NCBI GenBank assembly: GCA_016705695.1
Contig: JADJLA010000008.1
Location: forward strand, 2,089 to 66,088
DNA: 64,000 nucleotides
Direction of reading: 5' to 3'
Source: Sphingobacteriaceae bacterium
GTDB lineage: Bacteria; Bacteroidota; Bacteroidia; B-17B0; Aurantibacillaceae
Within the stretch, counting starts at the first letter, position 1, and each line of letters begins with the position of its first letter. The notes below the pieces were generated by a model. The model saw only the letters and a list, made by a program, of their open reading frames with translations, did no database searches and was not told the DNA's origin. The translations under genes and the position numbers were made by a program. Shown piece after piece: positions 9,782 to 18,493 of this stretch.

Positions 9782-10756
9782 TTAATTTTGATGAGCTTTA
9801 AACTTTTTGATTGCTTCGGTAAGTTTTGGAAGAATACTAAAAGCGTCTCCAACAATTCCGTAATCAGCCGATTTAAAGAATGGTGCTTCTTTGTCGTTAT
9901 TGATAACAACAATTGTTTTACTTCCATTAACTCCAGCTAAATGTTGAATTGCACCGGAAATACCAATGGCAATATATAAATTCGGACGAATAGCAATGCC
10001 TGTTTGACCAACGTGTTCGTGGTGCGGGCGCCAGTGCATATCGGCAACCGGACGTGAGCAAGCTGTTGTAGCACCTAAAGAACTTGCAAGATCTTCAACA
10101 ATTTTCCAATTCTCCGGGCCTTTTAATCCGCGCCCTGCGCTTACAACTAATTCTGCTTCGGCTAGTGGTGTCATACCGCCACTTGAGTTTAAACGAGTTT
10201 CTTTTACAGTAATACGTGATGATGGAAGATCAGCAGTTAGGTCGCTTACAGTTGCTGATCCTCCCGAAAGTTGAACGGGAAAACTGTTAGGTAGTAATGA
10301 AATTATTTTGATGTCGGAATGGATAACATAAGTAGCATTCGCTTTTCCGGAGAAAACATTCTTTTTTACTTCAAAAGTATTTCCATTGATCACAGGAATA
10401 TCAATAGCTCCTGCAACTAAGCCAGCTTTTAACTTTGCTGATAAACGTGGTGCAGCTGCTTTGCCTGTAATATCAAAAGCGAAAATCACTACTTTGCTTC
10501 CTTCTGCCTTCGCGGCTTGCTCAACTAAAGCAGTAATTAAAAGCGAATCAGAATTGAGCTTATCATTTTTTACAGTAAGTACTTTATTGGCGCCTGCTTT
10601 TCCTAATTCATCAATATGGGCTGCTTCTGCATTGTTTACAACTGCAGTAACGCTTGTTCCCATTTGTTTAGCAATGTTTGCGGCATAATTAACGCATTCT
10701 AAAGAAGATTTTTTCACTCTTCCTTTGGCAACTTCGGTATATACTAGAACTGACAT
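9782..10756 (-). CDS. etfA: electron transfer flavoprotein subunit alpha
   Basis: ETF alpha FAD-binding C-terminus (PNLYIAIGISGAIQHLAG). ATG at 10756 (MSVLVYTE) preferred over the upstream TTG at 10795 used by the ORF track. Confidence 0.9.
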   Translation of the reverse strand: MSVLVYTEVAKGRVKKSSLECVNYAANIAKQMGTSVTAVVNNAEAAHIDELGKAGANKVLTVKNDKLNSDSLLITALVEQAAKAEGSKVVIFAFDITGKAAAPRLSAKLKAGLVAGAIDIPVINGNTFEVKKNVFSGKANATYVIHSDIKIISLLPNSFPVQLSGGSATVSDLTADLPSSRITVKETRLNSSGGMTPLAEAELVVSAGRGLKGPENWKIVEDLASSLGATTACSRPVADMHWRPHHEHVGQTGIAIRPNLYIAIGISGAIQHLAGVNGSKTIVVINNDKEAPFFKSADYGIVGDAFSILPKLTEAIKKFKAHQN

Positions 10757-10817
10757 ATTTTCTTTTTTTAATTTGTGAATTTGTGAATGCGCCAATTAGA
10801 ACATTTACAAATTGTAT

Positions 10818-11561
10818 TTAGATTACTTTTGCTTCAGTGTGGAGTAAATTCACTAATTCATCCATGTTATCTTCCGTTAGCATTTTGCAGGTAGTTCTGC
10901 CCGGATTTAATGCATAAGATTTTACTGTGGTTAATGATGCAGCGCCATTACCTTCAATAACTGCTAATGGTTTTGTGCGCGCTGCCATTATACCGCGCAT
11001 GTTTGGAATACGCGGCTCGGCCATGCCTTTAGCACAACTAATAACCACAGGGAGATCACATTCAACAATTTGAACACCACCATCTAGATCGTACTCTGCG
11101 GTTGTTTTGTTTCCTGTTAGATCTAATTTTGTAGCTAATGAAATAAACGGAAGATCCATTAGGCCGGCAACAATGGCACCAACTGAAGATCCGTTATAAT
11201 TGATAGTTTCCTTTCCTACTAAGATCATTTCATAGTTATTCGTTTTCGCATAGTTTGCAATTTGCTCTGCTACGAAAAACGCGTCAGGGCCTTCTGCATT
11301 CACTCGAACGGCATCATCAGCGCCTAATGAAAGCCCTTTGCGAATAGTAGCTTCGCTGTCGGGTAAGCCAACATGTATCAAAGTTACTTTCTCGGCAACA
11401 TTCGCTTCTTTCAATTCTAAAGCACGCACTAAAGCGTACCACTCATCGTAAGGATTAATAACAAAAGTGACTCCTTGTGAATTGAATTTACTATCACCTT
11501 CGGTGAATTGAATTTTAGTAGTTGTATCAGGGACATTACTAATTGCAACCAGGATTTTCAT
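10818..11561 (-). CDS. etfB: electron transfer flavoprotein subunit beta
   Basis: 247 aa. MKILVAISNVPDTTTKI N-terminus typical of ETF beta. Directly upstream of etfA. Confidence 0.9.
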   Translation of the reverse strand: MKILVAISNVPDTTTKIQFTEGDSKFNSQGVTFVINPYDEWYALVRALELKEANVAEKVTLIHVGLPDSEATIRKGLSLGADDAVRVNAEGPDAFFVAEQIANYAKTNNYEMILVGKETINYNGSSVGAIVAGLMDLPFISLATKLDLTGNKTTAEYDLDGGVQIVECDLPVVISCAKGMAEPRIPNMRGIMAARTKPLAVIEGNGAASLTTVKSYALNPGRTTCKMLTEDNMDELVNLLHTEAKVI

Positions 11562-11581
11562 AGTCTATAAAATTAGGTTTG

Positions 11582-11589
11582 CAAAGTTA
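11582..11589 (-). promoter_or_regulatory. candidate -7 box (TAacTTTG) for the etfB operon
   Basis: Exact TAnnTTTG on the minus strand, about 20 nt upstream of the etfB ATG. Confidence 0.45.
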
Positions 11590-11683
11590 ACATTATAAGG
11601 ATTTTAAGCAAACCAATCTAAACGATTAATTTGCACAAAAACCCCGCTTTTTTAACAAAGATGACAGAAGTACGGATTTAGCA

Positions 11684-12133
11684 TTAACCGTGAAGTTTAT
11701 CCAGCAAGTTATTCAAGGTTTTGATATCCTCTTTACTGAGGTTCTTGAACAGGTCATGAAAAGATCCATCAACATGGTCTAAAGAAGCAAGTAATTTCAA
11801 TCCTTTCTCTGTGATCAAAAGGTCAACATTTCGTCTGTCGGAGCTGCATTCTTTTCTCTCAACAAATCCTTTCACGATCAATTTGTCAATGATACGCGAC
11901 GCATCACTCATTCTATCAATTATGCGTTCTTTTATAAGTTTTAAATTGCAGGGTTTTGTATGCTGCCCTCTTAAAATCCGAAGCACATTGTACTGTTGGT
12001 GTGTGATTTCAAGATCTTTGAATTGTTGATGTAAAAGGTAGTTTATAAGATGACTTGTATAAAGCAAATTCACGCCAAGCTTGTGCTGTGGAGTTTTAAA
12101 TTTTGCTTGTTGTATTTTGCTTTCTAAGGTCAT
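11684..12133 (-). CDS. MarR-family transcriptional regulator
   Basis: 149 aa. Winged-helix core (QQYNVLRILRG...DRRNVDLLITEKG) typical of MarR. Confidence 0.85.
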   Translation of the reverse strand: MTLESKIQQAKFKTPQHKLGVNLLYTSHLINYLLHQQFKDLEITHQQYNVLRILRGQHTKPCNLKLIKERIIDRMSDASRIIDKLIVKGFVERKECSSDRRNVDLLITEKGLKLLASLDHVDGSFHDLFKNLSKEDIKTLNNLLDKLHG

Positions 12134-12162
12134 AAAAAAAGAGGCTGAAATTATTCAGCCTC
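12134..12162 (-). terminator. intrinsic terminator-like hairpin after yceI, abutting the marR ATG
   Basis: gaggctgaa-(loop)-ttcagcctc stem followed, on the minus strand, by seven T and then directly by the ATG of marR. Confidence 0.65.
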
Positions 12163-12179
12163 TAATATATGTAAATTTA

Positions 12180-12776
12180 TTATTGAGCTTTATTTAATTC
12201 TATGGTCACGTCGATCTTTACTTCTTCACTTACCACAACCCCACCCGATTCAAGAGCTGCATTCCAATTCAAACCAAAGTCTTTACGGTTTAGTTTCCCA
12301 ATTATTTTAAAGGCATATTTAATATTTCCCCATGGATCTTTTACGGCTTTTCCGGCGCCAATAGCAGTTAAAGTTACTTTTTTGGTAACGCCTTTCATGG
12401 TAAGGTCGCCTTCTAAAATATATGTAGTTTTTACTTTTCCCGGCTTCATGCTAGTTGCCTTAAAAGTGATCTTTGGATAATTTGCGGCATCAAAGAATTC
12501 ACCACTTTTTAAGTGACCATCACGCTTCTCGTCATCGGTATTTATAGAATTAACATCGGCATTAAACTCAATTTTAGCATCAGTAAAGTCCATTTCTGTT
12601 TTAGAAGAAACAGTTCCTTCGTAAATTTTGAATTTACCTTCGGTTTCGCTCACCATTAAGTGAGTAACCATAAATCCAAGTTTTGAGTGAGAGTTATCGA
12701 TCTTCCAGTTGGTTTGTGCCATTGAGCCAAAGCTTGTGATTGCTAAAGTGGCTACATTAATAATAAAGTTTTTCAT
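12180..12776 (-). CDS. YceI-family periplasmic polyisoprenoid-binding protein
   Basis: Signal peptide, W.ID..HS.LGF N-terminal signature and lipocalin-like length (198 aa). Confidence 0.85.
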   Translation of the reverse strand: MKNFIINVATLAITSFGSMAQTNWKIDNSHSKLGFMVTHLMVSETEGKFKIYEGTVSSKTEMDFTDAKIEFNADVNSINTDDEKRDGHLKSGEFFDAANYPKITFKATSMKPGKVKTTYILEGDLTMKGVTKKVTLTAIGAGKAVKDPWGNIKYAFKIIGKLNRKDFGLNWNAALESGGVVVSEEVKIDVTIELNKAQ

Positions 12777-12801
12777 AGTGTTTGGTTTTAAGATTATTAA
12801 A

Positions 12802-12809
12802 CAAATGTA
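12802..12809 (-). promoter_or_regulatory. candidate Bacteroidota -7 promoter box (TAcaTTTG) for yceI
   Basis: Exact TAnnTTTG on the minus strand, about 25 nt upstream of the yceI ATG. Confidence 0.45.
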
Positions 12810-12834
12810 TGTTATAACATTTAATGTTATAACA
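12810..12834. promoter_or_regulatory. two copies of the perfect palindrome TGTTATAACA, candidate MarR operator upstream of yceI-marR
   Basis: tgttataaca at 12810-12819 and 12825-12834 (15-bp spacing), immediately upstream on the minus strand of a TAcaTTTG -7 box. Confidence 0.45.
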
Positions 12835-13504
12835 CATTTTGTTTCTTTAACACTTCAAAACTTCCAACTATCTGATTATCAATATTAAAATTATCAATGC
12901 GGATACGCTTTAAAAAGCTCACATGGTATAATAAGGCCTTGCACATACGTCTAATTTGCTTGTTCTTACCTTCTGTTAGAATTATTCCAAACGTAAACTC
13001 ATCTATGACCCAACACTTGCAAGGCTTCGTAAAATAAAAACCTATATCAACACCTGCACTCATTTTATCAGCAAAAGATTGATCGATCTCTTTACTTACT
13101 TTTACAATGTATTCTTTCTCTTTGTGATTCTTTGGATCTGTAACTTGTTTGGCCCATTTTCCATCATTGGTCAATATCAATAATCCTTCTGAAGCTTTAT
13201 CTAATCGTCCGGCAATTATCAAAGGCAAGTGATCTTTGAACACCTCAAATAAACTGTCTTTTACATTTGCATTTAAAGAAGAAACATATCCAACGGGCTT
13301 ATAATACTTCAAATAAACCGGCGCGTGTTTTTTTACCAAGTTTCCGTCAACGGTAATTTCGTCGCTATCATTTAATTCAATATTTGAGTCAATGATCTCA
13401 CTCCCAACTCTCACTCTCCGCTCTGTTATTAGGGCTTTGGCCTCTTTGTTGGTATACTTAAGGGTATGCACTAAAAAATATTGAATTCTACGTCCAAATC
13501 CCAT
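12827..13504 (-). CDS. RsuA/RluF-family pseudouridine synthase
   Basis: S4-like N-terminus and catalytic GRLDKASEGLLILTNDG motif. Start taken at MGFGRRI; the ORF track start is 13528. Confidence 0.8.
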   Translation of the reverse strand: MGFGRRIQYFLVHTLKYTNKEAKALITERRVRVGSEIIDSNIELNDSDEITVDGNLVKKHAPVYLKYYKPVGYVSSLNANVKDSLFEVFKDHLPLIIAGRLDKASEGLLILTNDGKWAKQVTDPKNHKEKEYIVKVSKEIDQSFADKMSAGVDIGFYFTKPCKCWVIDEFTFGIILTEGKNKQIRRMCKALLYHVSFLKRIRIDNFNIDNQIVGSFEVLKKQNVL

Positions 13505-13531
13505 GAGCGTAAAAATACACAATACCAAATG

Positions 13532-13673
13532 TAACTAAGTTTTAATTCAAAGATTTTGATGAAAAATTCATGAGATTGAGGCGCAAATTGCAATCGTAGC
13601 AGGCAGTTACGATGAAAATTTGCAACGAAAAGATCATAAATTTTTCGCTAAAGATTGGATTAAAACTTAGTTA
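13532..13673. repeat. 142-bp imperfect palindromic (MITE-like) element
   Basis: Perfect 15-bp terminal inverted repeat taactaagttttaat / attaaaacttagtta. The arms stay recognisably similar inward (gaaaaatt.atga, gcaaatt, atcgta). Lies between divergent genes. Confidence 0.7.
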
Positions 13674-13679
13674 TTTTTG
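13672..13679 (+). promoter_or_regulatory. candidate -7 box (TAttTTTG) for the ABC ATPase gene
   Basis: Exact TAnnTTTG overlapping the right end of the 13532-13673 repeat. Confidence 0.4.
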
Positions 13680-13726
13680 GTATGAGCGGATTGTTGAGCC
13701 CGCTTATTCTTTATAACTTTACACCA

Positions 13727-14446
13727 ATGAGCAGCATTATTGTTTTAAAGAATATTGAGAAACTTTACAAGATCGGTAAAGAACTTATATATGCGTTGCG
13801 TGATATTTCTTTGACCGTAGAAAAGAACGAGTATGTGGCTTTAATGGGTCCATCCGGAAGTGGCAAATCAACGTTGATGAATATGTTGGGCTGTTTGGAT
13901 ACACCTAGTAATGGCGAATATATTTTAAATGGACATTCGGTTGCAACAATGAGTGATAGTGAACTGGCCGAGATCCGTAATAAAGAAATTGGTTTTGTAT
14001 TTCAAACATTTAATTTATTACCTCGTGCTACTACTTTAGAAAATGTGGCTTTACCATTAGTTTACGCCGGCATGCCAAAAGCCGCACGAGAAGAAAGAGC
14101 TAAAGAAGTATTGGAGCAGGTTGGTTTAGGAGATCGTATGACTCATAAGCCAAATGAATTAAGTGGTGGTCAGCGTCAACGCGTAGCCATTGCGCGAGCT
14201 TTGGTAAATAAACCAGCCATTATTTTGGCTGATGAACCCACCGGGAACTTAGATAGTAAAACTTCGATCGAGATCATGGGATTATTAGAGAATATTCACA
14301 AGAACGGAAATACCATCATTTTAGTTACTCATGAAGAGGATATTGCCATGCACGCACATCGAATTGTACGTTTGCGTGATGGATTGGTTGAAAGTGATAC
14401 AATTAACACTAATATTACCACTTATAAAAACAGGGTTTCTGCCTGA
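13727..14446 (+). CDS. ABC transporter ATP-binding protein (MacB/LolD/FtsE-like)
   Basis: Walker [10 protein letters not shown], signature [14 protein letters not shown], Walker [15 protein letters not shown] at 13727 preferred because a TAnnTTTG box overlaps the region just before the 13682 ATG. Confidence 0.85.
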   Translation: MSSIIVLKNIEKLYKIGKELIYALRDISLTVEKNEYVALMGPSGSGKSTLMNMLGCLDTPSNGEYILNGHSVATMSDSELAEIRNKEIGFVFQTFNLLPRATTLENVALPLVYAGMPKAAREERAKEVLEQVGLGDRMTHKPNELSGGQRQRVAIARALVNKPAIILADEPTGNLDSKTSIEIMGLLENIHKNGNTIILVTHEEDIAMHAHRIVRLRDGLVESDTINTNITTYKNRVSA

Positions 14447-14478
14447 TTTATTTTAATTACTTTTATGGCATTGTAAAC

Positions 14479-15219
14479 ATGAAGAGATCACTCATCATAA
14501 TCTGTATTTGCATTGCAAAAATACTCTCAGCACAATCTGACTCTAGTGCTATTGCCGCACCTTTAATAGGCATACACTTTGGAGGCGATCTTCCGTTCGC
14601 AGATATGGGTGTTCGCTATGGAGCTAACTTGAACGCAGGGTTTAATTTTATGTACAAAACCAAAAAGAATTTTTTATTCGGTATAGATGCCAATTATGGT
14701 TTTGGTAGAAACATAAAAGAGGATGTTTTAAAAAATGTAAGAAATTCTGATGGTTTTGTGGTTGATAATGCCGGTTATCCCGCAGATATTAGGATATCGG
14801 AGCGAGTACTAACCATTACACTTCATGCAGGGAAATTAATGCCATTAGGGTCGCCAAATCCTAATTCGGGTTTACTTGTTGATGCAGGCCTAGGATACAT
14901 GCAACACAAAGTCCACTTTGTAGATATCAATCAACAAATAGCGGCTGTTGATGGTGATATTAAAAATGGCTTGGACAAGTTAACCAATGGAATATGCGCT
15001 TCGCAATTTGTGGGCTATTTATTTCTAAGTGATAATCGGTTTCTTAATTTTTACGCAGGAGCTGAAGCATTTGAAGGATTTACAAAAAGTGTACGTAAAT
15101 TAAATTACGATACAGGGTTGCCCGATACAAAAGGGAGGGTAGATGTTTTGCTTGGATTAAGAATAGGATGGATCCTTCCGTTGTATAGTCGAACTCCAAA
15201 AAATTATTTTTATAACTGA
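14479..15219 (+). CDS. hypothetical secreted/outer-membrane protein
   Basis: 246-aa ORF with an N-terminal signal peptide and alternating beta-strand-like pattern. No family recognised. Confidence 0.6.
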   Translation: MKRSLIIICICIAKILSAQSDSSAIAAPLIGIHFGGDLPFADMGVRYGANLNAGFNFMYKTKKNFLFGIDANYGFGRNIKEDVLKNVRNSDGFVVDNAGYPADIRISERVLTITLHAGKLMPLGSPNPNSGLLVDAGLGYMQHKVHFVDINQQIAAVDGDIKNGLDKLTNGICASQFVGYLFLSDNRFLNFYAGAEAFEGFTKSVRKLNYDTGLPDTKGRVDVLLGLRIGWILPLYSRTPKNYFYN

Positions 15220-15220
15220 T

Positions 15221-16462
15221 ATGTTTCTCTACAACTTGGTTGTGATAATGTATGGCTTTGTTATTCGCATAGCTTCAATGAACAATTCAAAAGCTAAATT
15301 GTGGGTGAGTGGACGAAAGAACTGGCGTATCACGCTGGAAGAAAAAATTTCAAAGATAAATAACGAAAAAAAGATCTGGGTGCATTGCGCATCACTCGGC
15401 GAGTTTGAACAAGGTCGGCCGTTGATCGAAGCCATTCGAAAAAAACATCCTCAATATAAGATCGTACTTACATTTTTCTCTCCAAGCGGTTTTGAAGCTA
15501 GCAAAAATTACGCGCACGCCGAGGTAATTTCGTATTTGCCGTTAGATACCAAACAGAACGCTCGTGATTTTATGTCCATAGTAAAACCACACATGGCCAT
15601 TTTTATTAAGTACGAATTCTGGATCAATTTTTTGAACGCTTTAAAAAGTTCTAAAACGCCTTCTTATTTGGTGTCGGCCGTTTTTAAAGATCATCATCCG
15701 TTCTTTAAATGGTATGGGAAGATATTTGTGAGGTCATTGGAGGCATTCAAAACATTGTTTGTTCAAGAGAAGCATTCTAAGGAATTACTTCATAAAATTG
15801 GATACACGAACGTGGAGATCTGCGGAGATACTCGTTTTGATCGCGTTTTGGAGATCAAAGAGAATTTTGTATCGATCCCAGAACTTGAAAAATTTAAGGG
15901 TTCGGCTAAACTGATTTTAGGCGGAAGCACCTGGCCGGGCGATGAGGATTTGATGATAGAATCTTTTAAAAGGCTCAGCGACCCAAGTTTAAAACTCGTT
16001 TTAGCCCCACATGAGATCAAAAAGAGCTCAATAGATGGCCTTAAACAAAACCTTGAAAGGAATGGCCTTAAATACTGCCTTTTTACTGAGGGAATTAAAT
16101 CAGATTGTAATGTATTGATATTAAATACAATAGGACTTCTATCGCGTTCCTATTCTTACGCAAACATGGCTTATGTTGGAGGAGGATTTAACGACGGGAT
16201 ACACAATATTTTAGAGCCCGCTGTTTACTTTATTCCCGTGGCTTTTTTTGGAGCTAACTACCATAAATTCAACGAAGCCGTTGATCTGGTTAAGCTGCAG
16301 GCTGCATTTTGTGTTTCAAATGCCGAGGAGTTGCACCAGCATTGGAAAAAAGTGCTCGACAATTCTATAGAAAACGAGCGAATATCGCATGTTTTACAAG
16401 GGTATTTTGCCTCTAATGGCAATGTTACTTCTAAAGTAATGACTGCCATTGATTTTAGTTAA
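15221..16462 (+). CDS. waaA: 3-deoxy-D-manno-octulosonic acid (Kdo) transferase
   Basis: 413 aa. N-terminal membrane anchor, CASLGEFEQGRPLIE motif, GT30 length. Confidence 0.85.
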   Translation: MFLYNLVVIMYGFVIRIASMNNSKAKLWVSGRKNWRITLEEKISKINNEKKIWVHCASLGEFEQGRPLIEAIRKKHPQYKIVLTFFSPSGFEASKNYAHAEVISYLPLDTKQNARDFMSIVKPHMAIFIKYEFWINFLNALKSSKTPSYLVSAVFKDHHPFFKWYGKIFVRSLEAFKTLFVQEKHSKELLHKIGYTNVEICGDTRFDRVLEIKENFVSIPELEKFKGSAKLILGGSTWPGDEDLMIESFKRLSDPSLKLVLAPHEIKKSSIDGLKQNLERNGLKYCLFTEGIKSDCNVLILNTIGLLSRSYSYANMAYVGGGFNDGIHNILEPAVYFIPVAFFGANYHKFNEAVDLVKLQAAFCVSNAEELHQHWKKVLDNSIENERISHVLQGYFASNGNVTSKVMTAIDFS

Positions 16463-16499
16463 AAAATGGTCATAAGTTAATTGCAAGAAAGCCCTTTTT

Positions 16500-16507
16500 T
16501 AATTTTG
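16500..16507 (+). promoter_or_regulatory. candidate -7 box (TAatTTTG) upstream of the 16571 lipoprotein gene
   Basis: Exact TAnnTTTG, 63 nt upstream of the ATG. Confidence 0.35.
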
Positions 16508-16570
16508 CAGTATCATTAATTTTTATTTACTTGCGACACATTTCTGGATATAAACTTTATTTTTTAGACG

Positions 16571-17485
16571 ATGAACGTTAAAAAATTTATGCTAAACAAA
16601 AAAACATTGATCGCCGTAGGGGTGGTGGTTCTTTTAGCTGCTTGTGGAGGCGATAAGGACAAAGTTGACGGTAAAGAAGACTTAGTTGAAGTCCCTGACA
16701 CCATCAAAACAACTGTTGTGAATGTAGGTGGAGAGTTATTCTCTGTTCCTTCACCTATACAAACTGCATTATTAATACAAAAAAGCGGAGTTACTTACGA
16801 TAAAACGATTTTGCACACTAGCAACAAAGTAAATACATATAGCACTGATTACCTACGTGCTCTAAATTTGGGAATTTATGGAGCGGATCTAGGTTACGTT
16901 TCTCTTTACAATCAAACGCAAGATGCTATTGGATACCTTGGTGCTTTAAAGCAATTGGCTGATAAACTTGGTGTGTCTGCTGCATTTGATGCAGGAACAA
17001 TGAAGCGTATAGAAGGAAATATCACTAATAAGGACAGTATGTTGGTATTGGTTGGTATTGCTTACCGCAGTAGTGATGCGTTTTTGAAGAACAATCAACG
17101 TAACGATGTAAGTAGTTTGATACTAACTGGTGGTTGGATAGAGAGTATGCATTTTTCGGTTGCTGCATACAAAGCAAAAGGAACTAACGAATTAAAGTGG
17201 AGAATTGCAGAGCAAAAGCAAGCTTTAGGTTCATTGATCAAAATATTGTCAAATTATCAAGGAGAAGAAGTTAAAGCATTAGCTATTGAATTGAATGATC
17301 TTTCTAAGATCTACGAAGGAATTCAATTCAAATATAACTTTGTAGAACCAACACACGACTCATTAAAGAAAGTAACCTATATAAATAGTACAACTGAAGT
17401 AATGGTGAGTGAAGAGCAAATAACGCAAATAGCAGCCAAAATTCAGGAGATCAGGTCAAAAATCGTTAACTCTAGTAATTCGTAA
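16571..17485 (+). CDS. hypothetical lipoprotein
   Basis: 304 aa. Signal peptide with LLAAC lipobox. No family recognised. Confidence 0.65.
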   Translation: MNVKKFMLNKKTLIAVGVVVLLAACGGDKDKVDGKEDLVEVPDTIKTTVVNVGGELFSVPSPIQTALLIQKSGVTYDKTILHTSNKVNTYSTDYLRALNLGIYGADLGYVSLYNQTQDAIGYLGALKQLADKLGVSAAFDAGTMKRIEGNITNKDSMLVLVGIAYRSSDAFLKNNQRNDVSSLILTGGWIESMHFSVAAYKAKGTNELKWRIAEQKQALGSLIKILSNYQGEEVKALAIELNDLSKIYEGIQFKYNFVEPTHDSLKKVTYINSTTEVMVSEEQITQIAAKIQEIRSKIVNSSNS

Positions 17486-17493
17486 GTAATATC

Positions 17494-17922
17494 ATGAAGA
17501 AATTTTCAATAGCAATCATCACCTTCTTATTAGGCTTTACAGTTAATAAAGCTACTGCTCAGTGCGATACAATTGCTAGTATTTGCGCTAAACACATCAT
17601 TTCTACATTCATTTCTGATGGTCAACAATACCGTTCTTTATTATTGAACTCTGAGGAGACCGCAGAATTTCATACAACCTTTTTTGGCGAAACAACATAC
17701 CGTTTAGCGGCTTGTAGTGGAACCAATGATGGAAATTTGATCTTCAATATCTACGATCAAGACCGCCACTTATTATTTAGCAATAGGAACCAAAAAAACG
17801 CACCTTATTGGGATTTTAAAGTAAAATCCACCCTCGAAGCTATTATTGAGGCCCAATTGGATGCTAATAAAAACCCGGGTTCGGGTTGTGCGGTGATCTT
17901 AATAGGATTTAAGCAGAAATAA
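17494..17922 (+). CDS. hypothetical secreted protein
   Basis: 142 aa with signal peptide and four Cys. Starts 8 nt after the upstream lipoprotein gene and is followed by a terminator hairpin. Confidence 0.6.
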   Translation: MKKFSIAIITFLLGFTVNKATAQCDTIASICAKHIISTFISDGQQYRSLLLNSEETAEFHTTFFGETTYRLAACSGTNDGNLIFNIYDQDRHLLFSNRNQKNAPYWDFKVKSTLEAIIEAQLDANKNPGSGCAVILIGFKQK

Positions 17923-17946
17923 TAATATTATATTAACAAACTGGAG

Positions 17947-17975
17947 GGATAAAGTAGCATGCTTTATCCTTTTTT
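17947..17975 (+). terminator. intrinsic terminator after the 17494-17922 gene
   Basis: ggataaag-tagcatg-ctttatcc hairpin followed by tttttt. Confidence 0.7.
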
Positions 17976-17989
17976 GCTATATTAGTTAC

Positions 17990-18487
17990 TTGAAAGTGAA
18001 GGCCTCTATTTTTACAATCTGCATGATGTGTTTTGCAATTATGAATGCACAGAACACGTGTGAAATGGGTTTTGTAAGAGATAGTTTGTTCGTTGAAAAG
18101 GATAATGCGTTTGTTGGAGCTGATGGATTAATTACACCCTCATTTAAAGATGGCGGACAGGTTAAGATCTTTAAAGTTGGAAACAAGTATTATCTGATGT
18201 TGACATGCAAGTCGAATTTGTTTTTTGATGTGATAAATGATCTTGAAATAAAATCAGGAACAAAGTCGATGGTGGCAAAGGGAGTTAAGCAACATCAAAA
18301 AGATAAGTACACAGGTTTTTTTGTTGTTGAGATATTAAGGAATTATGTGGCAACACTTAAGGATAACGGAATTACTTCCTACGTGTTCAATACCAAGGAA
18401 ACACTTTTTGGTAAAAATGAGGTTAAAGAGGTTAAAAAAATAGCAAATTGTTTTTATCAAACAATAAATGTACCGAATAAAAAATAG
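17990..18487 (+). CDS. hypothetical secreted protein
   Basis: 165 aa with signal peptide (TTG or GTG start). Ends 6 nt before the TerB-ABC transporter gene. Confidence 0.55.
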   Translation: MKVKASIFTICMMCFAIMNAQNTCEMGFVRDSLFVEKDNAFVGADGLITPSFKDGGQVKIFKVGNKYYLMLTCKSNLFFDVINDLEIKSGTKSMVAKGVKQHQKDKYTGFFVVEILRNYVATLKDNGITSYVFNTKETLFGKNEVKEVKKIANCFYQTINVPNKK

Positions 18488-18493
18488 GAATCT

